Below are positions 8,085 through 17,684 of a stretch of DNA of 64,000 nt, in pieces. Source of the DNA: a virus; the IMG/VR virus record IMGVR_UViG_3300007775_000001, positions 50,951 to 114,950 of that record; one strand, given 5' to 3'. Below the pieces are notes generated by a model that was not told the DNA's origin, did no database searches, and saw only the letters and a list, made by a program, of their open reading frames with translations. Position numbers and translations under genes: made by a program. Position 1 is the first letter of the stretch. Every line of letters begins with the position of its first letter.

Positions 8085-9083
8085 ATGAGCAAGAAACAAC
8101 CACGTATGGGCAAGAGCCTGAAAGAAGCCCTGGACAAGAAGGTGCGTGACCAAGCTATGATCGCCGTCATGGATCATGACTTGGGTGGCGATATGTCGGA
8201 TGCTTTTCGGTATTTGCTCAAGCCCATGATAGAGATTCCGGAGAAGAAACCCAAGGAGAATAAGCCTGTTCCTCCTCTTGTTCCTATTGTGGTCGTGGCT
8301 GTGATGATGGAAGAGATGCCCATTGACAATCACGGTGGGCATGCGTGGGGCTTCAGGTCGGTTGTGCGTCATTTTGGTCAGGGGAGCAATAACGCTCGTA
8401 CATACGCTGAAGACGATCTGTCGTTGGTGTGGAGAATCGAAGGTGAGGTTTATTATCAATCGTGGGAGTACCATCAAGCTCTTGGCTACGCGATGAACTA
8501 CGTAGCTCAGAAGTTTGGTGCAAAGCGATACGAGCTACGAGTTGTGGGGCCGATGAAGTCCATGGAAAGTCTTTATCCATATCTGCATTGGGACTCTCTC
8601 CCCGTGTCTGCCAAGAGTTTCACATTGAACTGTTCTGGGATCGGTGACTGGCCTGCATTCAATAACTTCGCCATGAAGGAGTTGGGTTGGAAGAAGCATG
8701 AGGTCAGTGACTTCGTGACCAATCCACCACGGTTTCCTGTGGCTTTGTTGACCACGAGAACCCTTGATTCTGCATTTGTCTATGCTGCGAAGCTATTGAA
8801 GGTCAAGGGCACTGCCCATCTGATGACCGATCAGGTTGCTTCTCGTCTGCCTGGACATCCGCAATCGGAGCGTGACAAGTACACCTACCAGGAAGGCGGA
8901 ATTACAGACGAGAAGGGAATCCGTCAAGCCGTCGTGTTACGGAGACAGTGGTCGGTTTGGCGTCGTGAGTTGGCGTCTGGCAAAGTGACTCTGAAGGAGA
9001 TCGAGAAGATCATCGAAATCAACAATGGGATCGATGACCGCGAGACAGAGACCGATATGCTCAAAGAGCTAGGGAGTCTGTGA
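8085..9083 (+). CDS. hypothetical protein with degenerate bL12-CTD-like region and DxxxELxxL C-terminus
   Basis: 332-aa ORF ending TDMLKELGSL. Confidence 0.7.
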   Translation: MSKKQPRMGKSLKEALDKKVRDQAMIAVMDHDLGGDMSDAFRYLLKPMIEIPEKKPKENKPVPPLVPIVVVAVMMEEMPIDNHGGHAWGFRSVVRHFGQGSNNARTYAEDDLSLVWRIEGEVYYQSWEYHQALGYAMNYVAQKFGAKRYELRVVGPMKSMESLYPYLHWDSLPVSAKSFTLNCSGIGDWPAFNNFAMKELGWKKHEVSDFVTNPPRFPVALLTTRTLDSAFVYAAKLLKVKGTAHLMTDQVASRLPGHPQSERDKYTYQEGGITDEKGIRQAVVLRRQWSVWRRELASGKVTLKEIEKIIEINNGIDDRETETDMLKELGSL

Positions 9084-9084
9084 C

Positions 9085-9396
9085 ATGGTCTTTGGAATGA
9101 GAGACGCGGTTGAAAAGGAAACGAGAGACATGGCTGCTCATGAGCCGATCTTGATGAGTTCTTACATCGTGCGTCTCATTGAGGCGTATAGTGATCATCC
9201 GGCGGCGGCTGCCCAAACCATAAGCGATTTGAGATGTGCATTGGATGCTCAGTTGGCTATGGAGCTTTGGTTATTACGAGATGGATACGATTCGGCAACC
9301 GGAATCAAGCTCGATCTGAAAACGGGCAAGCCGGTCGCTGCACCAAGAAGAGGGCCAACAGCAATTGACATCCTAGCGGAGCTTGATCAGCTATGA
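9085..9396 (+). CDS. hypothetical protein with DxxxELxxL C-terminus
   Basis: Coupled ORF ending IDILAELDQL. Confidence 0.65.
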   Translation: MVFGMRDAVEKETRDMAAHEPILMSSYIVRLIEAYSDHPAAAAQTISDLRCALDAQLAMELWLLRDGYDSATGIKLDLKTGKPVAAPRRGPTAIDILAELDQL

Positions 9397-9908
9397 GCAT
9401 GAGAATCTATGACCACTACGAGTGGAAGAGGAATCTGAACTCTCTGTTTGCCTTCTGTATCGAGCTACGCAAGAAGGAGCATGCTCGTCTGAAGGCTGAG
9501 TTCATGAAGATGACCAAGGAGCAACGCGGCAAGCTGTACGATGAAACCCATGATCGAAGGAATTTCATGCAGCGTGGGTCGTGGGAGTTCGATACGAGCA
9601 TCATGATCTACCCGTATGGGCAGCGACTGTTCTTCGGGTTGTTCGGCTTCAACTACAGCAATCCGATCCTGGAGACAGTGCAGCAAGATTCGCGGGTGGT
9701 GGACTTCCATTATCAGAATCAGTCAGATCGTCCAGACCATATCTCTCCGCAAGAGTGGCGTGCGCGTCGAAGGGTGTGGGACAAGATCGGTGAGCGAAGT
9801 CATGTTTTCGCTGAGATGGGCTTGTCCTTCCAGGTCACAAGTCTGGACACGGCAACGATCATGCTCATCATGTGTGCCCACGAGGAGAACCAATGCAACG
9901 AGAACTGA
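9393..9908 (+). CDS. hypothetical protein
   Basis: Coupled ORF (ATGA overlap). Confidence 0.7.
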   Translation: MSMRIYDHYEWKRNLNSLFAFCIELRKKEHARLKAEFMKMTKEQRGKLYDETHDRRNFMQRGSWEFDTSIMIYPYGQRLFFGLFGFNYSNPILETVQQDSRVVDFHYQNQSDRPDHISPQEWRARRRVWDKIGERSHVFAEMGLSFQVTSLDTATIMLIMCAHEENQCNEN

Positions 9909-10159
9909 CCATCCGGTATCACATCAATCAGGATGGGCTCGATGTGATGTTCGAGTTGGAAGATCGGATCATCGCTGCAATCGAGCCGTACGGTTGCAAG
10001 ATGGTGAGTGCAGGTACGATGGTGGTGGGTCGTTGGAACCGGGGTTTTCAGGTACGCGGTGACGGTGTAGAATTGGCACTCGCGAAGATCACGGAAATCA
10101 TGAAGACCGCGCGTGTTGAATTCGGTCACGAGTGGCGAGACATTCAAGAGGGGTCATGA
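9893..10159 (+). CDS. hypothetical protein
   Basis: GAGGAG RBS before ATG 9893. Confidence 0.55.
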   Translation: MQRELTIRYHINQDGLDVMFELEDRIIAAIEPYGCKMVSAGTMVVGRWNRGFQVRGDGVELALAKITEIMKTARVEFGHEWRDIQEGS

Positions 10160-10354
10160 ATAACAAGGAATTGTGGGTCGAGGTCGGAAAGACAGTGTGG
10201 TGGTTTATCATGGTTATTCCCGCTCTGCTCTTGTTGTTCGCTGTGGCTGCTCTGGCTGATGTGGTTGAGAAGTGGGTCAACACCAACAGTGTGTGCAGGC
10301 TATACAGGGTGATCATCCCATTCCCTGGGTGGATGAAACGAGACATGAGGCGGT

Positions 10355-10756
10355 ATGTTGATCGGAATCGTGGGAAGTAGATCGATCACTGACTACACGC
10401 TCTTCAAAGAAGAGCTTGAGAAGGTCATGGTGCCAGACCCCAAGCAGGACATGATTGTGTCTGGTGGGGCAAATGGGATAGACTCGCTGGCAGAGCAGTA
10501 TGCACGAGCGCACGGAATCCAACCGGTGATTCTGCCCGCCTTGTGGGACAACTTCGGCAAGGGGGCGGGAAAGATCAGGAACAGTAACGTGGTGAAGGTG
10601 GCACACATCATCATCGCATTCTGGGATCAGGAGTCACCGGGAACCAAGGACACGATTGATAAGGCTAAAGCCAATGGGAACCTTTTCGAAGTCATCCGAC
10701 TCAGACCAGGGCAAACAAGCGAGAACTCGATTGCGTGTGGTGAGTTCTTCGAGTAG
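10355..10756 (+). CDS. SLOG-family (DUF2493/YspA-like) nucleotide-binding protein
   Basis: IGIVGSR...IVSGGANGIDSLAEQYA...AGKIRN..V...IAFWD..SPGTKDTI. Confidence 0.85.
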   Translation: MLIGIVGSRSITDYTLFKEELEKVMVPDPKQDMIVSGGANGIDSLAEQYARAHGIQPVILPALWDNFGKGAGKIRNSNVVKVAHIIIAFWDQESPGTKDTIDKAKANGNLFEVIRLRPGQTSENSIACGEFFE

Positions 10757-11012
10757 ATTGCTCAAGATCAACTGGTGGTTCAGGCTGAAGAGCTGGGTCG
10801 GGTTCTGGATCGGTGAGCTAATCGCTCTGGTGCTGATCGTTGTTATCTTCTTCGGTAGTGTGGTTGCAGCGGTGGCGATAGCTCTATGGATGTTGCTGGC
10901 GATGGCTCTATGGATGTTGCTGGCGTTCCTGTTCGCGAATCCAAGGGGTATAGCATTCATGATCATCGCTCTGGCAATCGCCTACTGGATCATCACGCAC
11001 TGAGTGTGAATC

Positions 11013-11876
11013 ATGGCGATGCATAACGATTTTCGAGACGATTTTCGAGACGAGGAGCGCAAGGCCAAGGAAGACAAGGTCAGCACTCTTGCCAGAGATG
11101 CACTGGATAAGGCGCACGAGATCATTGCCAAAACGGCAGCGATCACGGACGAGAAATTCCAGGAGGAGATCAAAAAACTGGCGAAAAAGAAAGCTCTGAA
11201 ACGTTTGAAATTCAAGTTGAAGCCGCATGGCAACTACGGTGTATTGGGGGGTGTGCTCTATCCAAACCAGGATGGTAGTGGTCAGGAGTCACACTTCAAG
11301 TTTTTCGATTCGCATCTGAGTAGGCTGATCGGGAAGATGATGGCGGCGATCACTTACGATTGGTATCCATCCTTTGTGAGTGACAAGGAGATACCGGATC
11401 ATCATCACTTCACACTATATCCAATCGAGATCGACACAAGCGAGTTGGAAGGCAGACTGTGCAACGTGGTAGTGTATAGGTTTGGTCTGGAGCGAGTGAA
11501 TGGCAAGCATGACGAGTTTGTGTCGAATGCGCTGGATGGAACCTATACCAAAGAGAACAGCCAGATCGTGCGGTTCAATGGGTACTCACGGCATCGGGTG
11601 ATCAACAGACAGGCGTTACTCGATCACATTCGGGAAGAAGAGCGTGAGCAAATCCTGAATGTGAAGCGGTACTATCAAAGCCTTGACGCGCGGAACGGTT
11701 GGTCGTTGCATCACAATGTACCGTATAGCAAGAGCTTGGCGCGTTATGTAGAGCAACTGAGACGGTTGTGTGAGGAGGGGGATATCGAGATCGTATTCAA
11801 CTCTGCATTGGCGCCTAGCACGGAACCAGAGTCCGAAAAGGGGCCTGACTTCATCGAGGAGTTGAGCAAGCTGTGA
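11013..11876 (+). CDS. hypothetical protein with DxxxELxxL C-terminus
   Basis: 287-aa ORF ending PDFIEELSKL. Confidence 0.7.
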   Translation: MAMHNDFRDDFRDEERKAKEDKVSTLARDALDKAHEIIAKTAAITDEKFQEEIKKLAKKKALKRLKFKLKPHGNYGVLGGVLYPNQDGSGQESHFKFFDSHLSRLIGKMMAAITYDWYPSFVSDKEIPDHHHFTLYPIEIDTSELEGRLCNVVVYRFGLERVNGKHDEFVSNALDGTYTKENSQIVRFNGYSRHRVINRQALLDHIREEEREQILNVKRYYQSLDARNGWSLHHNVPYSKSLARYVEQLRRLCEEGDIEIVFNSALAPSTEPESEKGPDFIEELSKL

Positions 11877-12107
11877 AAGTGCGTGGTCATTGCTATCGAT
11901 GCGACAAACCCATCAATGGATCGACCCAGATGATAGAACCAAAAGATTGCTGGGAATGCCAAGTCCGAATGAAATGGTGGTGGTGGCTCCTGGAGCTTGT
12001 TTGGGTTCTGCTAGTGTTGGGTACTTGTACCTATATAGTCTTTTGGTTAGGCCATAGTGGGTTGTGGTATCTTTTTGCCCTTCTTTTGTGTGGATCGTCC
12101 CACGACC

Positions 12108-13295
12108 ATGAGAAACAACAGCACTGCTGAAGAAGCCAAGTTCAAGCAGTACCAGGATGAGAACTTCGGTGAGGTTGCATCCTGGGTGATGCGATCACGG
12201 ATCGATGGTGCTACGGAGATGTTCTTAACGGACATCTATGGCAACAAGAAGGAGATCATCACGCTACCCGATGGCAAGAAGATCATTCGACAAACAGAGT
12301 ATGTGAAGATGGAATCGATTACTCAGAAGTCAGCCAAAGTAGCCAAGAAGCGCAATCAGAAAGAGGCACCTAAGTTCTCTTCATCAGAGTTCAAGCGTGC
12401 TGTCTTGCCTACGATCAAGCCACGGAAGGATAAAATCTTCCCGTTGACCAAGAATGATAAGTGGGAAGCGGTAGCGTACTCTCCTGATTCGCCTGAAGCG
12501 ATCCAAGATGAGCGTCAAAACAGTCGCAAGGATTTGAAAGCTCGCATTCAAGCGATGGATCGTGTCATCAAGAAGCAGATCGTGGAGAGAGACAAGCTTG
12601 CGCAAGAGCTACATGACGTGGGCAAAAACGAAGAGGGTGTCAATGCTCAGTTGTCGAAACTGCTGGGCAATGCTCGCGTGTCTCAACTGACGGTGGGGGC
12701 GGCACATCCTTATGTTGACCCGCCAAGCGACATGAACACGGATGATAAGCTTCCGTGTCCCATGATGTTCTTTCATGCCGATGATCAGGTTTCGGTGTAT
12801 GCTCACTCGTTGGAGAGTGCGTATGGTTTGGCTGTGATGGTGGCACTGGTTAACGAGTTCAGTGAAGGTGAAGTGGTTGAAGATAAGGAAGACCTGTCTA
12901 ATTGGGATCAGGTGAATGCGCGGGCTGCTATCTCGCTTGCTAATACGGGGCTGAAGAAGTTGGCTGAGATGTCTGTCGCGGTATACGTGTGGGGCGTCCA
13001 ATGCTCTCATGGGATGTTCATTCCGATCATTCAGAAGTGTTTCGGTGACCTGGATGACTTCGATCAGATGTACTACAGAAATACATTGGAGCACCAAAAG
13101 TTTCCCGTGGTCGTTTATCGGGGGGCTTTGACTTCTCGTGTGCTTAAGGCTCGTGTGGTGATGGCGTCCTTTGGGATCGATGCGGAGATTCTGTTGTCTG
13201 GTCATGAGCGTCGTTCCTACCCCGATCCTGTGAAACGAAAGGAGTACAAGCGGGTCGAAGAAGGCGACATCATGAGGGAGTTGAACGAGCTATGA
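12108..13295 (+). CDS. hypothetical protein with degenerate bL12-CTD-like region and DxxxELxxL C-terminus
   Basis: Long ORF, start uncertain, ending GDIMRELNEL. Confidence 0.7.
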   Translation: MRNNSTAEEAKFKQYQDENFGEVASWVMRSRIDGATEMFLTDIYGNKKEIITLPDGKKIIRQTEYVKMESITQKSAKVAKKRNQKEAPKFSSSEFKRAVLPTIKPRKDKIFPLTKNDKWEAVAYSPDSPEAIQDERQNSRKDLKARIQAMDRVIKKQIVERDKLAQELHDVGKNEEGVNAQLSKLLGNARVSQLTVGAAHPYVDPPSDMNTDDKLPCPMMFFHADDQVSVYAHSLESAYGLAVMVALVNEFSEGEVVEDKEDLSNWDQVNARAAISLANTGLKKLAEMSVAVYVWGVQCSHGMFIPIIQKCFGDLDDFDQMYYRNTLEHQKFPVVVYRGALTSRVLKARVVMASFGIDAEILLSGHERRSYPDPVKRKEYKRVEEGDIMRELNEL

Positions 13296-13503
13296 TAAGG
13301 GGTCTAAAGGGGTCTAAAACGCACACCAAGCCCTTTTCTGCGTAGGGTGTGGGCGAGGGGATTCAGATAGCTCGTATCGACTTGATTCTGGCTACACGAT
13401 GGCTATTGTTTGGGCCTGAAATCCTCGTCTTCTGTCCTTGGCACCATAAAGCCTACTACTACCCATACTTCCGCAATGGGGTGGACAATTCCAACCTTGA
13501 GCC

Positions 13504-13561
13504 TTGACATTGTGTAGCACATGTAATACACTATAACTGTGGCTGAGAGAGAAACCCTGAA
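13504..13561 (+). promoter_or_regulatory. early sigma70 promoter cassette
   Basis: TTGACA-17-TACACT with GTGGCTGAGAGAGAAACCCTGAA, near-identical to 5807. Confidence 0.8.
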
Positions 13562-13573
13562 CGGAGAACGGTC

Positions 13574-13894
13574 ATGGGATGGGAAGCGGATGTGGAAAAG
13601 TGGAAACAGCGCGAAGAGCGCATGCGGGAAGAAGACGCGGTTGCCAAGGGCAAGGGTGAACTGGTCGGGCGGTACATCAGTGAGCATGTGGCTGATGGGT
13701 ACGCCTACTATGTGGTCGCCAAGGTCGATGGCAATACGGTAACTCTAGATCACGTGGATACCTTCGATGGTTATGCGATCCTGGCGGTCGAGGCCATGAA
13801 CCGAAGGGTTCCTCTGACTATGGTCAAGGCGTACATCTCTGTCCGCGAGAAGTGGGAAAACCTCCTGGATGCTGTCGCTACGGGGGTAGCGTAA
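13574..13894 (+). CDS. hypothetical early protein
   Basis: GGAGA RBS; VADGYAYYVV motif common in phage hypotheticals. Confidence 0.7.
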   Translation: MGWEADVEKWKQREERMREEDAVAKGKGELVGRYISEHVADGYAYYVVAKVDGNTVTLDHVDTFDGYAILAVEAMNRRVPLTMVKAYISVREKWENLLDAVATGVA

Positions 13895-14145
13895 TGGCAA
13901 TCGTCGGCAATCTGGTGAGAGAGAAATCCCGTGCGGATGCGTATGAGGCTACACACCAAGAGGAAGTCTTGGCGTGGCGTAATGCGGCGCGGGTGGCTGG
14001 CGAGCAATCGATCAAGGAACGGGAAGAGCGTTACCCTGTTCTGAATGCTGAGAACGCTGCTGAAGCAATCGAGTTTCAACAGCGTCGGTTCGCTGAGATC
14101 GTGAAGGAGCGCAAGCAGGCTCGTCAACTGAAGAGAAAGTCATGA
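13894..14145 (+). CDS. hypothetical protein
   Basis: TAATG coupling. Confidence 0.55.
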   Translation: MAIVGNLVREKSRADAYEATHQEEVLAWRNAARVAGEQSIKEREERYPVLNAENAAEAIEFQQRRFAEIVKERKQARQLKRKS

Positions 14146-14429
14146 ACGAGAGAAAGCCCAGTGCTGCCGCGATGCGGCTGGCTCAAGATATTCAAACGTT
14201 GCAGCAATGCCATGTGGCTCTAGGGCGGCAATGGGTAGGAGCCTGCACTGAACTCCCGCCCATTGCCCACGTCATTGACGACAGAGGGCTGGCAGATGCA
14301 ATCGAGGTAATCAAGAGACTGATGACGATTGCCCAACGGCCGTCGGTTGGTTCGCCCGGCGAGAGATACATCAACAGCATACTCGATGCCGCGTTGGCTA
14401 CTCTTGTCAAGCTAGAGGGAGACCAATGA
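14142..14429 (+). CDS. hypothetical protein
   Basis: ATGA coupling. Confidence 0.55.
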   Translation: MNERKPSAAAMRLAQDIQTLQQCHVALGRQWVGACTELPPIAHVIDDRGLADAIEVIKRLMTIAQRPSVGSPGERYINSILDAALATLVKLEGDQ

Positions 14430-14716
14430 CCACCAACCCCAAACCCAGCGCCGCCGCGATATGGACATGCAAGGAAGCTGTCCAGCACATTGAGCCCAAT
14501 GCGCTGTGTGTGAAGAAGGATGGGTTGTTCTTTGTCTTCGAGAGCGATATCCACGAGTTCATGGGAGCCGGGATGGCTATCGGGGAGGGCGAATCGCCGG
14601 TTGGTGCATGGACAAGAGCCCTGGAGCATTTGATTCCTGGGCGGGTTCACCGCGAAGTCTTTCGGATGTTGCGTGGGTCGCGGCTCGGCGCGGTTCTTCA
14701 AGAGGGTGTCAAGTGA
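14426..14716 (+). CDS. hypothetical protein
   Basis: ATGA coupling, GGGAG RBS. Confidence 0.55.
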   Translation: MTTNPKPSAAAIWTCKEAVQHIEPNALCVKKDGLFFVFESDIHEFMGAGMAIGEGESPVGAWTRALEHLIPGRVHREVFRMLRGSRLGAVLQEGVK

Positions 14717-15219
14717 ACGAGCAGGCCCGGAAACTAATGAGGAAGTCATGAGCGAGAGTCATCCGGACATTATGAGCTTTGTGGCCAATGCCGATCCTGA
14801 CGCGCTCCGCGCAGAAGGAGCCAAAATCATGAATCTAATCCTAATCGCGCTCGCTGCTGTGTGGGTCGCTGGAGCTATCTTCGGATTTGGGGCAACCAAT
14901 GCTTTTTTTCTCAAAAGATATGCGCACTTGTACTATTGGGGGGCGGCACAAACCGCGTACCCAAACTTGTACTTCAGTGGATGGGATTCGAGAGAGCCGG
15001 GGCTTCTGTTCAAGGCCCCTATAGTCGCCCTCTCCTGCGTCGTGGCCATATCGAGTCCATTCAGTCTCCTGGTTCTGATTACCGGATGGCGCTGGCGGCA
15101 TGGTCTTAAGTTCCGCTGGTGGAGGCCGGAGCCGTATCTACCGGAACTGAAGATGAAACACAGCAAGTAGCGTGCCAACAGGAGGAGTAAGTCACAAGCG
15201 AACATACGGATGGTGAACC

Positions 15220-15453
15220 ATGCTCAATCTCAAGTACATCGTGTACTGGAACGGGATCAGTGAAGTGATGGTGATGTTCGATCCGTCGTTGCGTCATGTG
15301 GATGTGACAGTTGGTCTTCGCGCTGCCGGTCAGGTTCGCGGCGCAGGCTTGGTGGACTTGGAAACGCGGCGATGCTTCGGGGATTCTTACACGCTGATGG
15401 TGGCAAGCCGTCCCGAAGATACAGAGCTTCTGAAGTGTTACTTTGGGGATTGA
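15220..15453 (+). CDS. hypothetical protein
   Basis: Compact ORF (KYIV...VMF...H...AG.V...CFGDS.TL...SRPED) typical of phages. Confidence 0.6.
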   Translation: MLNLKYIVYWNGISEVMVMFDPSLRHVDVTVGLRAAGQVRGAGLVDLETRRCFGDSYTLMVASRPEDTELLKCYFGD

Positions 15454-15456
15454 CAC

Positions 15457-15804
15457 ATGTCTGGAAAGATAGCTAAACGCACGTCACAGCGGGTCGAGTA
15501 TTGGGCCTTTGTGAAGTATCCGAATCACTTTTGCTTGCCTGAAGAGGCTCGCACGCTGAGCACGCCAACCATGTTCTCAGTGGAGATCAGTCATGTGAAT
15601 CTGTATAAGCGGGAAGTGACTGTACGCACAGGTGATGTGTATGAGTTGGGTCAACCGTCTGACGAGTACGCGAAATGGCTCGTCGAGTATAGCGCGAAAT
15701 TTCGGTCGTGGTCTTTTCAGCTTAAGGAGTGGATCGAAGAGGCAAAGAGTGATGTGTTGGCAGAGATCGAATCTTTGGGAGAGACCGAAGAACCGCCATT
15801 TTGA
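15457..15804 (+). CDS. hypothetical protein
   Basis: Closely spaced ORF; DVLAEIESL near C-terminus. Confidence 0.55.
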   Translation: MSGKIAKRTSQRVEYWAFVKYPNHFCLPEEARTLSTPTMFSVEISHVNLYKREVTVRTGDVYELGQPSDEYAKWLVEYSAKFRSWSFQLKEWIEEAKSDVLAEIESLGETEEPPF

Positions 15805-15977
15805 TGCTCAGGTAGGAATGCTATCCCATCCGGTGTGACCAGGATTGGTAGAGCGTCCAAAGAGGCCGCAAAGGCAAGAAAGCAGTCCACGGAAGGGCAG
15901 AGTACCGGGTTGCCATGAATCGGGCAGTATTGCATGTTTAGACCTCTTGTGAGAGCCTTTTCGGAAGGAGATTGACT

Positions 15978-16259
15978 ATGGGACTGCTTAACCGGCTAGA
16001 GGCGAAGCAAGAGCCTACTCAAGCGCAAATCGACCACTTCAATAGTCTGTCGGTCGAGACTCTGAAGAAGATGATGCGCAAGCGGTATCTGGCTTGGAAT
16101 GCTTTGATGGAAGACTTCGACTGCGGAGGCAGTCTGGCCGCTCATATTAGCCCACGGGTGTATGAGGCGGCACACGTCTGCAACAATATCGCGCGTCGGC
16201 TCAAGGAGATTGATCCGACCTTTCCGAAGACATGGGTGTCATTGCCAGAGGGAATATGA
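15978..16259 (+). CDS. hypothetical protein
   Basis: AAGGAG RBS. Confidence 0.6.
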   Translation: MGLLNRLEAKQEPTQAQIDHFNSLSVETLKKMMRKRYLAWNALMEDFDCGGSLAAHISPRVYEAAHVCNNIARRLKEIDPTFPKTWVSLPEGI

Positions 16260-16604
16260 ACGTCGATCCGTTTGTGAATATCCCGTTTGGGGGGATGACC
16301 AATGGCCGGTATGGCGTACTTGCATACGTTTACACGTTTGGTCAGTTGCGTCTGAAGATCACGGATTCAGAGGTGTCGGATTCAGACGCACCAATTGGAC
16401 ACGGGGCAATCGTGCGAGAGGCTTGAACATACGATATGACAAGACTGCTGGATGCAGTCGTGAAGATCATGCGCGCCGAAGACCCGATTGCCGAATACGA
16501 GTCGTGGCGAAAACCTGGAGTGAACGACAATCATGGTCGTATCCGTCTCGATCATCAAGGAGATTGACATAGAGGGAAGCTTTTGATACGGTTGTTGCCT
16601 TGCT

Positions 16605-16675
16605 CCTCCTATAGCCAAGAGGAAAGGCGACTGGCTGCAACCCAGTGATCACTGGTTCGAATCCAGTTGGGAGGT
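16605..16675 (+). tRNA. tRNA-Cys(GCA)
   Basis: Cloverleaf; anticodon loop CT-GCA-AC; GTTCGAATC. Confidence 0.9.
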
Positions 16676-16905
16676 CTGATGAAAGACGTGCCAAGATTCA
16701 AGCCTGTGGCTTGGGTCGTGAACAGCGAGAGCCAAAAGCTATCGCTAACTCATCTGATGCACGAGGGGAGAATCCTGTGTACGGTCAAACTTCCTACCGA
16801 TCCTACTGTGCAGATTGTGACGCGCGGTCGGGTGGATTGCTTCAACTGTGTGAAGCGGGGTCGGAGTCTGCAAGGAAGAAACGTCGAGACAGGTAAACCC
16901 TATGA

Positions 16906-16978
16906 TGCCCCGTAACTCAACTGGTAGAGTACCCGGCTCTTAACCGGGAGGTTGCAGGTTCGAAGCCTGTCGGGGCAA
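16906..16978 (+). tRNA. tRNA-Lys(CTT)
   Basis: Cloverleaf; CT-CTT-AA. Confidence 0.9.
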
Positions 16979-16987
16979 TCAGTTCAT

Positions 16988-17058
16988 TGCTCCGTAGCTC
17001 ATCGGTCGAGCGTCCGGCTTTTAACCGGAAGGCTGGGGTTCAACTCCCCACGGGGCAA
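16988..17058 (+). tRNA. tRNA-Lys(TTT)
   Basis: Cloverleaf; CT-TTT-AA. Confidence 0.85.
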
Positions 17059-17064
17059 CTATAT

Positions 17065-17140
17065 ACCGGGATGGACTGGAGTGGTTCCAGCGCGAGACTC
17101 ATAATCTCGACCGACGTGGGTTCGAATCCCACTCCCGGCA
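17065..17140 (+). tRNA. tRNA-Met(CAT), initiator-like 1:72 mismatch
   Basis: CT-CAT-AA; A1:C72 mismatch. Confidence 0.8.
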
Positions 17141-17144
17141 CTAC

Positions 17145-17227
17145 GGAAGGATGGCCGAGAGGCTGAAGGCTCCTGTTTTGAAAACAGGCGTGCGAGAGCA
17201 CCGGGGGTTCGAATCCCTCTCCTTCCG
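17145..17227 (+). tRNA. tRNA-Ser(TGA)
   Basis: Class II cloverleaf; TT-TGA-AA. Confidence 0.9.
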
Positions 17228-17232
17228 CTTAC

Positions 17233-17307
17233 ACACCGGTAGCTCAGTCTGGATAGAGCGGGGGCCTTCGAAGCCCATGGTCGCGGGTTCGAATCCTGCC
17301 CGGTGTG
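17233..17307 (+). tRNA. tRNA-Arg(TCG)
   Basis: CT-TCG-AA. Confidence 0.9.
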
Positions 17308-17391
17308 CTGACCGCACCAAGAACCAACAGAGGAGATTGATCATGTTGCGTGATACTGGCGCGGTGTTGTGGTGGGTCGTAGTGGGTGTAT

Positions 17392-17474
17392 GGAAGCGTG
17401 GCTGAGCGGACAAAAGCACCTGTTTCGAAAACAGGCGGACGCAAGTCCCGAAGGTTCGAATCCTTCCGCTTCCG
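17392..17474 (+). tRNA. tRNA-Ser(CGA)
   Basis: Class II; TT-CGA-AA. Confidence 0.9.
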
Positions 17475-17479
17475 TTACC

Positions 17480-17562
17480 GGGGAGTTGGCTGAGTGGTCT
17501 AAAGCACTGCGTTGGAATCGCAGCGGACGTAAGTCCCGTAGGTTCGAATCCTACACTCTCCG
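17480..17562 (+). tRNA. tRNA-Ser(GGA)
   Basis: Class II; TT-GGA-AT. Confidence 0.9.
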
Positions 17563-17565
17563 CTT

Positions 17566-17651
17566 GGAAGGATGGCTGAGTGGCCGAAAGCACCGCATTG
17601 CTAACGCGGCGGACGCAAGTCCCGTGAGTTCGAATCTCACTCCTTCCGCCA
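17566..17651 (+). tRNA. tRNA-Ser(GCT)
   Basis: Class II; TT-GCT-AA; encoded CCA. Confidence 0.9.
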
Positions 17652-17667
17652 ATTTCTACGTAGAAAC
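17652..17667. repeat. dispersed 16-bp palindrome, copy 3 (1 mismatch)
   Basis: ATTTCTACGTAGAAAC immediately after tRNA CCA. Confidence 0.9.
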
Positions 17668-17684
17668 TGATTGAGAGGTTGACT

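Noticed and set aside
10873-10925. 24-bp duplication (also 12-bp at ~11026 and 10-bp at ~13298)
   Set aside because: Two-copy slippage repeats without evident function
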